Shown piece by piece: positions 21,146 to 31,391 of a DNA stretch of 64,000 bases. The position numbers and the translations under genes were made by a program. A model generated the notes under the pieces. It did not search any database. It was given only the letters and a program-made list of their open reading frames with translations, and was not told the DNA's origin. How positions within the stretch are numbered: position 1 is the stretch's first letter; every line of letters starts with the position of its first letter. Source of the stretch: Candidatus Hydrothermus pacificus (GTDB taxonomy: Bacteria > Hydrothermota > Hydrothermia > Hydrothermales > Hydrothermaceae). The stretch lies in NCBI GenBank assembly GCA_002011615.1, contig MTOH01000001.1, forward strand, positions 211,327-275,326. Reading direction: 5' to 3'.

Positions 21146-22945
21146 ATGAAAACCCTTTTATTCTTATCAATTGTATCACCACTATTCACATCAATAATAG
21201 CAGGCTTTTACGGATACAGGCTAAAAAAGCATATTATCGGATGGATATCAAGTGGAGGTGTATTTCTGTCATTTATATTTTTATTGGTCTTATATATAAA
21301 AAAGGCATTTTTTGAAATGAATCTGTTTGAATGGACAAATATCCCCTTTAAAATAAATATCCTTTTCCTTTCAGACCGTCTTTCAATTTTAATGGGGCTG
21401 ATAGTTGCTTGTGTAAGTTTTATTGTTCATGTTTATTCAATATACTATATGGAAGAAGATGAGGGATATTTCAGATTCTTCTCCTACCTTAACTTATTTG
21501 TTTTTTCAATGCTTGTCCTTGTTCTTGCAGGAAATTTGATTGTAATGTTTATAGGATGGGAAGGGGTTGGACTTTGCTCCTATCTTTTAATAGGATTCTG
21601 GTATTACAAAGAAAGTGCATCAAAAGCAGGGGTTAAAGCCTTTGTTGTGAACAGGATAGGTGATGCAGGATTTCTGCTTGGAATCTTTTCAATCCTTTTT
21701 GCCTGTAATACCCTTGAATTTAATGAAATCAAAAACCTTTTAAATACAGTAGACCCGCAGATTCTCATTTTTGCAGGTATTTTTCTTTTCATAGGTGCCA
21801 TTGGAAAATCTGCCCAGTTTCCCCTTTATATATGGCTTCCTGACGCAATGGAGGGTCCCACACCGGTATCAGCATTAATTCATGCTGCAACCATGGTAAC
21901 AGCAGGAGTATATATGGTTTTAAGGCTTTCTTTTCTGTACTCACTCATTCCTGAGATTGGATATTTCATCGCATTAATAGGGTCCTTAACAGCATTTTAT
22001 TCTGCCCTTTGTGCGGTAAAAGAAGATGACTTAAAAAGGATACTCGCCTATTCCACAATCTCCCAGCTGGGTTATATGTTCGCAGGTGCGGGTCTTTCCT
22101 TTTATGGTAAAGGTTTTTTCCATCTAATAACCCATGCTTTTTTCAAAGCCCTTTTATTCTTAACAGCAGGGATTATAATGCATTCTCTCAACGGTGAGAT
22201 AAACATAAAGAGGATGGGAGGACTCTTAAAAAAACTAAAACATACCCACCTGCTTTTCGCCATCGGTGCCCTTTCCCTGTCAGCAATTCCGCCTTTTGGT
22301 TCCTATTTCAGCAAGGAAGGAATAATACACGAATCTTTAAATGCGGGATATTTGATTTACTTTATTCTGGTTCTAACTTCCTTTTTAACATCTCTTTATA
22401 TATTCAGAGCCTATTTCCATGTATTCCAGGGGCATGAAAAAGTAAAACCTCATAAAGAGGATAAAAGACTTGTATACCCTTCCTATATTCTGGCATTCTT
22501 TGCAATAATATCAGGATTTTTCAACTTCAGGGGACACATTGACAGTATATTCGGGAAAACAGAAATTCACCTTCATATACCTTTTATACTTTCCCTGTTA
22601 CCTCTAATATTTTCAATAGCAGGAATACTATCAGCATGGTATTTTTATGATATACGCAAGGAACAGGAAAAAGGTTTTATATTTGAGTTAATTGAAAATA
22701 AATTTTATTTTGATAAAATTTTATCGGTTTATTTTGTAAATGTTCTTTTTAAAATTTCCGGGTATCTTGAAAAATTTCTGGAACTTCGCACGATTGACAG
22801 GATTGTAAATGGAGCGGGTAAAATTTCTTTGTTAACAGGTAAAATCGGCATTTCACTGCAAAGAGGTTCTTTAAGATTTTATCTAAAACTTCTTTTTGCT
22901 TTCATTTCTCTTTTGATATTTTTCTTCATGTTTCGTTATATTTAA
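21146..22945 (+). CDS. nuoL: NADH-quinone oxidoreductase subunit L
   Basis: GWEGVGLCSYLLIGFW, KSAQFPL..WLPDAMEGPTPVSALIHAATMV, HAFFKA. Confidence 0.93.
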   Translation: MKTLLFLSIVSPLFTSIIAGFYGYRLKKHIIGWISSGGVFLSFIFLLVLYIKKAFFEMNLFEWTNIPFKINILFLSDRLSILMGLIVACVSFIVHVYSIYYMEEDEGYFRFFSYLNLFVFSMLVLVLAGNLIVMFIGWEGVGLCSYLLIGFWYYKESASKAGVKAFVVNRIGDAGFLLGIFSILFACNTLEFNEIKNLLNTVDPQILIFAGIFLFIGAIGKSAQFPLYIWLPDAMEGPTPVSALIHAATMVTAGVYMVLRLSFLYSLIPEIGYFIALIGSLTAFYSALCAVKEDDLKRILAYSTISQLGYMFAGAGLSFYGKGFFHLITHAFFKALLFLTAGIIMHSLNGEINIKRMGGLLKKLKHTHLLFAIGALSLSAIPPFGSYFSKEGIIHESLNAGYLIYFILVLTSFLTSLYIFRAYFHVFQGHEKVKPHKEDKRLVYPSYILAFFAIISGFFNFRGHIDSIFGKTEIHLHIPFILSLLPLIFSIAGILSAWYFYDIRKEQEKGFIFELIENKFYFDKILSVYFVNVLFKISGYLEKFLELRTIDRIVNGAGKISLLTGKIGISLQRGSLRFYLKLLFAFISLLIFFFMFRYI

Positions 22946-22951
22946 TCTCTT

Positions 22952-25183
22952 ATGAAAGGACCACATCTTGCAAGAAACCTATCCCTTTTCTCAGCCACCA
23001 TGATAGGTGTGGGTGCAATGATAGGAGCAGGCATATTTGTTCTAACAGGTATTGCAGCCGGAGTTGCAGGTCCTGCACTTTTGTTGACTTTTCTATTGAA
23101 TGGAATAGTAGCATTTTTCACCGCATCAGCCTATGCAGAACTGGGAGGCGTTATACCTGAAGCAGGTGGAGGATACTTGTGGGTTAAAACTGCTCTTCCC
23201 CAGCCAATGGGATTTTTATCAGGATGGATGTCATGGATGGCTCATTCTGTTGCATGCTCCCTTTATGCAGTAGGATTTGGTGCCTATTTCGCAGAAGTTT
23301 TAAATGAAGTCGGTGTAAAAATTATTATAGATGTGCTCATTTTGAAAAAAATATTTGCTGTAATCCTTGTCTCAATTTTTACCTATATAAATTATAAAGG
23401 GGTCAAGGAAACTGGAAGAGCAGGAAATATAGTTACAGTTTTAAAAATAATGATACTTTTATTTTTTGTGGGGCTCGGTTTCGCATTCATAATTGGAAAA
23501 CCCTCCCAGCTTTCTCATTTTAAACCTTTTATACCAAAGGGGTTTATGGGAGTATTCATGGCAATGGGACTGACCTACATAGCCTTTGAGGGATATGAGA
23601 TAATTGCCCAGAGTGGTGAAGAAATAATTAATCCTGTAAAAAATATACCCAGAGCCATATTTTATTCCCTTTTAATAGTGGTTCCGATTTACATCCTTGT
23701 GGGCTTTGTTGCAATAGGTTCTGTAGACCCCGGTAATATGACAGCATGGGATTTTCTTGCCCTTAAAAAAGAAATAGCTCTTATTGAATCCGCAAAAAAT
23801 ATATCTGTAATAGGCGGGATAACAATAATGATAGGAGGTCTAATATCAACAATATCTGCACTAAATGCAACAATATATTCATCCTCACGAGTATCCTTTG
23901 CAATGGGCAGAGATTACAATCTCCCTGAATTTTTTTCAAAAATACATTCAAAATTTAAAACCCCTCACGGTGCACTTTTCGCCTCCTACATCGTAATATG
24001 CCTGATGGCTTTATTACTTCCGATAGAGGATATAGCATCCTCTGCTGATATAATGTTCTTATTTCTATTTGTCCTCGTCAATGTATCCCTTATTCATTTA
24101 AGAAATAATAAAAAGGAATTGTTCAAAGGCTACAAATCACCCCTTTTTCCCTTATTTCCTGTCATAGGTATAATAACACAATCTCTTTTAATAATTCTGA
24201 TGTTTATATATTCTCCAAAAGCATTCTTTGTAACCCTTTTATGGATAGGAGGAGGTATTGCAATTTATTATTCCTATTCAAGGTTTAAAGAAAAAGAATA
24301 TGTTGGCCCGAAAATCATAGTTGAAGAAAGAGAACCTGTTAGAAAGGATTTTAGAATAATTCTGGGCATTAAACACAAAGATGAGTTAGAGAATCTTTTA
24401 AAAATAGCCATTCCTATTGCAAGGGAAAGGGATGGAGAGATTATAATAACCCATGTCATAAATCTTCCTCCCCAAACCCCTCTTGAAGCTGGTAAAAGAC
24501 TGATTGAGAAAAGAAAGGAATGGCTTGAAAAGGGTGATAAAATAGGCGAAGAAAAAGGTGTTCCTGTGAGTTACAATATATCAATCTCTCATGACACCGG
24601 CACAGCTCTTACTGAATCAGTAAATGAATACAGGGCAAACGCTCTTATTCTCGGTGTAAGGGCATCACCAAGGAGAAGAATACTCGGAAGAATTCTTGAA
24701 CCTGTTTTGCAAAAATCAGACAGTGATATAGGTCTTTTAAATGTAAAGTCAAATTTTAATAAAATAAAACGAATAATGATACCCACTGCAGGTGGACCAA
24801 ATGCAAGACTTGCCCTTGAATGGGGAATTATGATAGCAAAAGAATACAAATCTAAAATAGATCTTGTTTATGTTATAAGAGATAAAAAAGATTTACCAGT
24901 TGCTCAAAAATGGATTTCAGAAACAGAAAGAGATTTAAAACATATTAAAAGATATGTAAAAGAAAATATAATTGAAGGAACAAATGTCTTTAAAACTCTG
25001 CTTGAATTTTCAAAAAATCATGATTTAATAATTCTTGGTGCAAGCAGAGAAGGTTTATGGAAAAGGGTAAGATTTGGAACCCTGCCTGAAAAATTTATGA
25101 GAAGTGCAAAAACCCCGCTTCTTATAACAAGAAAGTATGAAGGTAAAGTTCTTTCATGGGTAAGAAGATTTTTGAGTGGATAA
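22952..25183 (+). CDS. APC-family amino acid permease with two C-terminal USP-like domains
   Basis: GAMIGAGIF, AELGG..PEAGGGY, SRV.FAMGRD; cytoplasmic tail with LGV/LGAS USP-like motifs. Confidence 0.85.
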   Translation: MKGPHLARNLSLFSATMIGVGAMIGAGIFVLTGIAAGVAGPALLLTFLLNGIVAFFTASAYAELGGVIPEAGGGYLWVKTALPQPMGFLSGWMSWMAHSVACSLYAVGFGAYFAEVLNEVGVKIIIDVLILKKIFAVILVSIFTYINYKGVKETGRAGNIVTVLKIMILLFFVGLGFAFIIGKPSQLSHFKPFIPKGFMGVFMAMGLTYIAFEGYEIIAQSGEEIINPVKNIPRAIFYSLLIVVPIYILVGFVAIGSVDPGNMTAWDFLALKKEIALIESAKNISVIGGITIMIGGLISTISALNATIYSSSRVSFAMGRDYNLPEFFSKIHSKFKTPHGALFASYIVICLMALLLPIEDIASSADIMFLFLFVLVNVSLIHLRNNKKELFKGYKSPLFPLFPVIGIITQSLLIILMFIYSPKAFFVTLLWIGGGIAIYYSYSRFKEKEYVGPKIIVEEREPVRKDFRIILGIKHKDELENLLKIAIPIARERDGEIIITHVINLPPQTPLEAGKRLIEKRKEWLEKGDKIGEEKGVPVSYNISISHDTGTALTESVNEYRANALILGVRASPRRRILGRILEPVLQKSDSDIGLLNVKSNFNKIKRIMIPTAGGPNARLALEWGIMIAKEYKSKIDLVYVIRDKKDLPVAQKWISETERDLKHIKRYVKENIIEGTNVFKTLLEFSKNHDLIILGASREGLWKRVRFGTLPEKFMRSAKTPLLITRKYEGKVLSWVRRFLSG

Positions 25184-25190
25184 TAAGAGT

Positions 25191-26132
25191 TTAAGTTTCC
25201 TCTATTTTTTCTTTTCCCGGACCTATTAAACTGTATAAAACTGCCATTCTTATCGCAACTCCATTTTCCACCTGGTCAAGAATTACATTTTTATCAAGGT
25301 CAAGCACATCATAGTCAAGTTCAACCCCCCAGTTAACAGGTCCTGGATGCATTATAAGAGCATTTTCTTTGATGTACTTAAGTCTATCAGCAGTTATACC
25401 ATAAATCTTTCTGTATTCTCTAAAAGAAGGTATCAAGGATTTTCCTCCTCTTTCCTTCTGAACTCTCAGTGCCATTATTATATCAGCCCTGGGTAATACT
25501 TCATCGAGATTATAAAAAATTCTACATCCAAGAGACTCAAATTCCTTAGGTAGAAGGGTGGGTGGTCCACACAGGTTCACCTCCATACCCATTTTAATCA
25601 TCCCGTATATGTTTGACCTAGCAACTCTTGAATGCAATATATCTCCTATTATCAACACTTTCAGTCCTCTGAGTTTTTTCTTTTTTTCTTTTATTGTAAA
25701 TATATCTAAAAGTGCCTGTGTTGGATGTTCATCTGTTCCATCTCCCGCATTTATAACCGATGCAGAAGTATTTTTTGCAAGAAAATGGGGCGCACCTGCA
25801 AAAGAATGTCTTATAACAAAGGCATCTACTCTCATAGCACCGATATTTTTTAATGTATCAAGAGTTGTCTCTCCTTTTGTAAGAGCAGATGTGCTCGCTG
25901 AGAAGTTAAGAGTATCTGCGGAAAGTCTTTTTTCGGCAAGTTCAAAAGAAGACCTGGTTCTTGTGGAAGGCTCAAAAAAAAGATTACACACGGTTTTGCC
26001 CCTCAATGCGGGTACTTTTGGTATTGGTCTCTTAAGAACCTCTTTAAAGGAAAGAGCAAGATTGAATATCCCCTCAATTTCCTCTCTTGTTATATCTCTT
26101 AATGACAATAAATCTTTTCTCTTTATTTTCAT
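25191..26132 (-). CDS. pyrB: Aspartate carbamoyltransferase catalytic subunit
   Basis: FFEPSTRTRSSF, HPTQALLD, HPGP. Confidence 0.96.
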   Translation of the reverse strand: MKIKRKDLLSLRDITREEIEGIFNLALSFKEVLKRPIPKVPALRGKTVCNLFFEPSTRTRSSFELAEKRLSADTLNFSASTSALTKGETTLDTLKNIGAMRVDAFVIRHSFAGAPHFLAKNTSASVINAGDGTDEHPTQALLDIFTIKEKKKKLRGLKVLIIGDILHSRVARSNIYGMIKMGMEVNLCGPPTLLPKEFESLGCRIFYNLDEVLPRADIIMALRVQKERGGKSLIPSFREYRKIYGITADRLKYIKENALIMHPGPVNWGVELDYDVLDLDKNVILDQVENGVAIRMAVLYSLIGPGKEKIEET

Positions 26133-26684
26133 TTAAAGCCCCAGAATGTTTTTTATTTTTTGCATCCCTTTTAAGCATATCTCAAGGAATTCATTCAGGG
26201 AAAGACCAAGATTTTCACATTTTTTAATCTGTTCCCTGTTTGCTCCCTGAGCAAATCTTTTTTCCTTAAACCTTCTTTTCATAAAATTTAAATCTATGTT
26301 TTCCAGTCTTTTTAAAGGGTGCATAAGAGCACAGGCAACAATAAATCCTGATGTGGGGTCTGTTGTATAAAGAGCCCATTCCATTTTTGTCTCACAGTTT
26401 TTCCTTTCACAATGAGCAAGAATCGCATCAGTAATCTCTTTATTATCAAATCCAATATCCTTTAATATTTCAAGTGTTTTAAATCCGTGTTCCTCTGGGC
26501 TATCCTTTGTGAAATCATAATCAAGGTCATGTAAAAGCCCTGCAAGTTCCCATTTTTCAGAATTCTCACCAAGTTTTTCTGCAAGTTCCTTCATGCATGC
26601 AGAAACTGCAAAAACATGTTTTTGCAGCCTGTCATCCTTTATGTATTTTTTTACAAGCTCTATCGCTTTGTTTCTATCCATCAT
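26133..26684 (-). CDS. HDIG domain-containing protein
   Basis: KH..AV, GLLHDLD, HG, RFAQGANRE. Confidence 0.8.
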   Translation of the reverse strand: MMDRNKAIELVKKYIKDDRLQKHVFAVSACMKELAEKLGENSEKWELAGLLHDLDYDFTKDSPEEHGFKTLEILKDIGFDNKEITDAILAHCERKNCETKMEWALYTTDPTSGFIVACALMHPLKRLENIDLNFMKRRFKEKRFAQGANREQIKKCENLGLSLNEFLEICLKGMQKIKNILGL

Positions 26685-28744
26685 TTCAGAAAAGGTATAA
26701 GTTTGTATAAATAAACTATAAAGGGTGCAAATACAAGGGAAACTATTGCCATGAGTTTCAGGAGTATGTTAAGAGAAGGTCCTGCAGTATCCTTGAAGGG
26801 GTCTCCTACTGTATCCCCTTCAACTGATGCTTTGTGTTCCTTTGAACCTTTACCACCGAGATTTCCTGCCTCAATCCATTTTTTTGAATTATCCCATACC
26901 GCACCTGCATTTGCCATAAAAAGTGCCATTGGAACACCACTTATAAGCGAGCCTGCAAGAAGCCCCCCGAGCGCATTGAGACCAAGAATTATACCAACCA
27001 AAAGAGGAGTTAAAAAGGCAACAATACCGGGAATTATCATATTTTTCAAAGCCCCTCTTGTTGTTATATCCACACACCTTGCATATTCGGGTTCTGCTTT
27101 ACCTTCCATAAGGCCCTTTATCTCTCTGAACTGTCTTCTAACCTCTTCCACAACAAGTTTTGCAGTTCTTCCAACCGCTCTTATTGTTGATGCAGAGAAG
27201 AAAAAGGGAATCACACCTCCTATAAAAAGTCCTGCAACAACCCTGGGGTCGAGTATATTTAAAGCGAGGTTGATTCCAAGAAGTTTTACTGTCTGGGCAT
27301 AGGCACTAAAAAGAGCAAGAGCTGTAAGAGCTGCAGAACCTATTGCAAATCCTTTACCTATTGCAGCGGTTGTGTTACCTGCAGAATCAAGGGAATCGGT
27401 TATTTTCCTCACATCTTCTCCGAGATGAGCCATCTCTGCTATACCACCCGCATTATCAGCAATCGGACCGTATGCATCAACAGACACTGTGATTCCTGCA
27501 ATTGAAAGCATACCTATTCCTGCAAGGGCTATCCCAAAAAATCCTCCTGTAAAATAAGAAATTATAATTGCGATTGCTATCAGAATTATTGGTATCACAC
27601 TACTTGCCATACCAATGGATATACCTGTTAAGATGTTTGTTGCAACTCCTGTTGTTGAAGCACCTGCAACTTCTTTAAGGAACTTTTCATTTATTGTATA
27701 ATACTCTGTGAGAACGCCTATTATAACACCAACGAGAAGACCCGAAAGAACGGGCCAGAAGTATTTTATGTCACCTTTATAAAGAGTATAAATTGTCACA
27801 AAAGAGGCTATCGCGAATAACAGGGCTGCAAATATTGTTGATTTTACAAGGGCACCTGATGCATCCTTTTTTGCAGTTCTTATTGAAAAGACACCTATTA
27901 TTGAGGCTATTATACCGAGACCCGCAAGGAAAAGGGACAAAATCATACCTTTATCACTTCCCATGCTTCCTGCTATAACAAGTCCTGAGAGAATAGAACC
28001 AACAAAGGATTCGTAAAGGTCCGCCCCCATTCCTGCACAATCACCCACATTATCACCAACATTATCTGCAATAACTGCAGGGTTTCTGGGGTCATCCTCG
28101 GGAATGCCTGCCTCAACTTTCCCTACAAGGTCTGCTCCAACATCAGCGGCTTTTGTGTAGATACCACCACCGACCCTTGCAAAAAGTGCAACCGATGATG
28201 CACCCATTGAAAATCCTGCAAGGACAGATGCAGCTTTTGCAGCTCTTAAAATAACTGTCGGTTCTTTTGAAAGGTTTGAAAATATCAGAAAAAGTGCAGA
28301 AAGACCTATGACTCCAAGTCCCACAACCATCATTCCCATTACAGAACCACCAAGAAAGGCTATTACCAATGCAGGATTAAATCCCTTCCTTGCCGCTTCA
28401 GCAGTTCTTGTATTCGTCTTTGTGGATATATTCATGCCGAACCATGCGGATGCGAGAGAAAAAGATGCTCCCACCACGTAGGATACACAGGTCGCAATAG
28501 CGAACTTTATTGACTTTGTCAGGAGAGTAAGGAAAAGCAAAACTATCACAAATATTACAAAGAATGATATGCTTATAAATTCCCTTTTTAAAAAGGCCAT
28601 AGCACCCTCGTGAACCGCATCAGAAATTCTTATCATTTCCCTGGTTCCGGGGTCCTTAGCCATCACAAATCTGGCAATAATTATAGAGTATATGATTGCC
28701 AGAATACCGATAAAAAGAGTTATAAAAATAAGCAGATTACTCAT
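26681..28744 (-). CDS. hppA: Membrane-integral pyrophosphatase, K+-dependent type (probably Na+-translocating)
   Basis: GGIYTKAADVGADLVGKVEAGIPEDDPRNP, DNVGDNVGD; GNTTAA (Ala, not Lys, at the K+-dependence position). Confidence 0.92.
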   Translation of the reverse strand: MSNLLIFITLFIGILAIIYSIIIARFVMAKDPGTREMIRISDAVHEGAMAFLKREFISISFFVIFVIVLLFLTLLTKSIKFAIATCVSYVVGASFSLASAWFGMNISTKTNTRTAEAARKGFNPALVIAFLGGSVMGMMVVGLGVIGLSALFLIFSNLSKEPTVILRAAKAASVLAGFSMGASSVALFARVGGGIYTKAADVGADLVGKVEAGIPEDDPRNPAVIADNVGDNVGDCAGMGADLYESFVGSILSGLVIAGSMGSDKGMILSLFLAGLGIIASIIGVFSIRTAKKDASGALVKSTIFAALLFAIASFVTIYTLYKGDIKYFWPVLSGLLVGVIIGVLTEYYTINEKFLKEVAGASTTGVATNILTGISIGMASSVIPIILIAIAIIISYFTGGFFGIALAGIGMLSIAGITVSVDAYGPIADNAGGIAEMAHLGEDVRKITDSLDSAGNTTAAIGKGFAIGSAALTALALFSAYAQTVKLLGINLALNILDPRVVAGLFIGGVIPFFFSASTIRAVGRTAKLVVEEVRRQFREIKGLMEGKAEPEYARCVDITTRGALKNMIIPGIVAFLTPLLVGIILGLNALGGLLAGSLISGVPMALFMANAGAVWDNSKKWIEAGNLGGKGSKEHKASVEGDTVGDPFKDTAGPSLNILLKLMAIVSLVFAPFIVYLYKLIPFLK

Positions 28745-29293
28745 CAGGCACCTCCCTGAAGTTATTTATGTAATTCATTGCCTTTTCAACTCCCTGCCTG
28801 TTTAAAATTTCCACACCTCTTTTTAAAAAGGGGAAAAGAGTGTTAAATAAAAAATCTTTTTCATCATCTTCAAATTCTGAAAGCACATAGGCTTTTAAAG
28901 GCTTTTTCCTGCCCACACCTATCCTTAACCTAGGGAACCCCTCTGTCTCAAGATAATAAATAATTGAAGAAAGTCCTTTATGCCCTCCGGAACCCCCGCT
29001 GGTTCTCAATCTTGGTTTACCGAAAGGCAGGTCAGCATCATCACATATAACCAGAAGATTTTCTTCTTTAACCATAAATTTTTTTTTAAGTCTAACACCA
29101 CCCTGCCACTCTCATTCATATATAATGAAGGAACCACCAGAACTCCGTATTCACTTTTCCTATAAAAAAAATCACCTTTTCCGGGCAGAAAATCTTTGCC
29201 TTCACCCAGGTAAGTTACAAACAACCTCCCCACATTGTGTTTTGTAAATACATACTCTTTCCCTGGATTTCCAAGCCCCACTATAAACCACAC
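28737..29293 (-). CDS. pth: Peptidyl-tRNA hydrolase, split by a frameshift in an A9 run (29079-29087)
   Basis: GTG start overlapping the rplY stop; VGLGNPG..Y..TKHNVG and YMNESG in one frame, DD..LPFG..R...GGSGGH.GL and RLRIGVG in another; adding one A gives a 185-aa ORF. Confidence 0.9.
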
Positions 29294-29931
29294 TACTTCT
29301 CTTCCTCCTCTTCTTTTTTCTCCTCTGCAGGAACTTCCTCTGCAGGAACTTCCTCCACAGGAACAACTTCCTCCACTTTCTTTGGTGATAGAATCGTGCA
29401 AACAGTTTCATCGGGGTCTTCAAGAATTTCAACTTCTTCTGGAATTTCAAGGTCTTTAATATGTATGGAATCTCCTATTTTTAAGCCACTTACATCAATT
29501 TCTATGTGTCCCGGCAGTTTTGAAGGAATTGCCTTTATGTTAACCTCTCTTTTGAGGTGTTCAAGAATTCCTCCTAATTTTATCCCTTCAGGAGTTCCTT
29601 TAAGAACTAAAGGAATAACAACATGGATGGGTTCCCTGGCATGCAGAATTTGAAAGTCAGCATGGAGAGGTTCTCCTCTCACAACATCTCTATGCAACTC
29701 TTTTAAAATGCACTTGTATTTTTTACCGTTGATTTCCATATCAATAAGTGCCATCTCCTGACTCGTTTCTTTAAGGAACTTTTCAAACTCTCTGCTCGGT
29801 ATTTTTATATGAATGTTTTTCTCATGGGCACCATACACTTCGCCTGTGACAAAACCTTCTTTTCTGAGTTTTTTAGATTGTCCTGAACCAGTTTTTTCTC
29901 TTTTCTGAGCAACAATCTTATAAGTTTTCAT
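29293..29931 (-). CDS. rplY: 50S ribosomal protein L25/CTC
   Basis: R..TG....KKLR, HADF, V.IPL.LKG..G..LGG; acidic tail; prs-rplY-pth synteny. Confidence 0.93.
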   Translation of the reverse strand: MKTYKIVAQKREKTGSGQSKKLRKEGFVTGEVYGAHEKNIHIKIPSREFEKFLKETSQEMALIDMEINGKKYKCILKELHRDVVRGEPLHADFQILHAREPIHVVIPLVLKGTPEGIKLGGILEHLKREVNIKAIPSKLPGHIEIDVSGLKIGDSIHIKDLEIPEEVEILEDPDETVCTILSPKKVEEVVPVEEVPAEEVPAEEKKEEEEEK

Positions 29932-29948
29932 TTTTCACTCCTTTCTCT

Positions 29949-30884
29949 TCATATAAACAATGCACTTATACTCTTTTCCTCATGTATTCTCAGTATGGCT
30001 TCTGCAATCAAACCAGAAACCGGTAAAATTTCAATTTTTCTAATTTTTTTATGCTCGGGTATCGGAATGGTATCTGTCACTATTACCCTGTCAATGGGTG
30101 CTTCTTCCAGCAAATTAACCGCATCTCCTGAAAGAATTGCATGGGTAGCACAAACCCATATCGCCCTCGCACCTCTTTCCTTAAGCCTTTGAGAAGCAAA
30201 AAATATTGTTCCTCCTGTATCTATCATATCATCAACAATTATGAGATTCTTGTTCTCAACCATTCCTATTATATGCATTATTTCAGACATATTTGGCGCG
30301 GGTCTTCTTTTATCAACAAGTGCAAGGGGCAGGTCACCCAATCTCTTTGCAAAAGCTCTGGCTCTGTTTGTCCCCCCCACATCTGGAGACACCACTGAGA
30401 ACAAATTTGAGTCAAGGGCACCAAGGTGTTCTTTAAAAACAGGAAATGCATAAATATTATCCAGGGGTATATCAAAGAAACCCTGTATCTGGTCAGAGTG
30501 CAGGTCTATTGTGAGAACTCTATCGGTCCCCGCTGTTTGCACCAAGTTTGCAATGAGTTTTGCTGAGATAGGAACTCTGGGTCTATCTTTTCTATCCTGA
30601 CGCGCATAACCAAAATAGGGGATAATTGTAGTTATTCTCTTGGCAGAAGCTCTTTTAGCAGCATCTATTAAGAGAAGCAACTCAAGCAAGTTTTCAGCAG
30701 GAGGATGGGTACTTTGAACTATAAACACATCACACCCTCTTATGTTTTCCTTAATCTGTATCCTTATTTCATTATCTTTAAATCTTGAAACCTCTAAAGC
30801 ACAGGGGGCAACTCCAAGATGTTTACATATGTCTTCCTTTAATTTCCAGGAAGCAAGTCCTGACAATATTTTTATTTCATTCAT
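29949..30884 (-). CDS. prs: Ribose-phosphate pyrophosphokinase
   Basis: PYFGYARQDRK, DLHSDQIQGFF, VSPDVGG, VDDMIDTGGT. Confidence 0.97.
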   Translation of the reverse strand: MNEIKILSGLASWKLKEDICKHLGVAPCALEVSRFKDNEIRIQIKENIRGCDVFIVQSTHPPAENLLELLLLIDAAKRASAKRITTIIPYFGYARQDRKDRPRVPISAKLIANLVQTAGTDRVLTIDLHSDQIQGFFDIPLDNIYAFPVFKEHLGALDSNLFSVVSPDVGGTNRARAFAKRLGDLPLALVDKRRPAPNMSEIMHIIGMVENKNLIIVDDMIDTGGTIFFASQRLKERGARAIWVCATHAILSGDAVNLLEEAPIDRVIVTDTIPIPEHKKIRKIEILPVSGLIAEAILRIHEEKSISALFI

Positions 30885-31372
30885 CTTGAAATCAAATTTT
30901 TAATTTTTTCTTCAAAAAATTCTTTATCTCTATAACCGACAACCTTTTCAACTATTTTGCCTTCTTTATCAACTATAAAAGTTGTTGGTATAGCAGTAAT
31001 TCCTCCATATGAATTTACAACCTTCTGATCTGCTATCACAAGGGGATAGTTTATCCCCTGTTCCTGTGCAAAAGATTTTACCTTATCTTTCCCCTCCCTA
31101 CCAAAGGCTATGCCTATCATTAAAAATCCTTCACCTCCATATTTTGAATAGAGTTCTATGAAATGGGGAATCTCTGCTCTGCATGGAGGACACCATGTAT
31201 CCCAGAAATCAATTATTATCACATTTCCAAGATAGTCATAAAGGTGAAAATCTTCTCCTTCAAGAGTCTTAAGTGTGAAATCAGGAGCTTTTGCATTGCC
31301 CTGTGTTTTTTGTCTGGCACATGCTATAAACAAAAGGGATAGTAAAACCACAACTGCAATATTTTTTTTCAT
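30881..31372 (-). CDS. TlpA-like thiol-disulfide oxidoreductase lipoprotein
   Basis: Lipobox FIAC, APDFTL, WCPPC, IPTTFIVD. Confidence 0.88.
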   Translation of the reverse strand: MKKNIAVVVLLSLLFIACARQKTQGNAKAPDFTLKTLEGEDFHLYDYLGNVIIIDFWDTWCPPCRAEIPHFIELYSKYGGEGFLMIGIAFGREGKDKVKSFAQEQGINYPLVIADQKVVNSYGGITAIPTTFIVDKEGKIVEKVVGYRDKEFFEEKIKNLISR

Positions 31373-31391
31373 CTTATTCTCCTTTTTAACT

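Noticed and set aside
29318-29372. Short tandem DNA repeats at the end of rplY
   Set aside because: They encode the low-complexity acidic tail (PVEEVPAEEVPAEE) typical of L25/CTC
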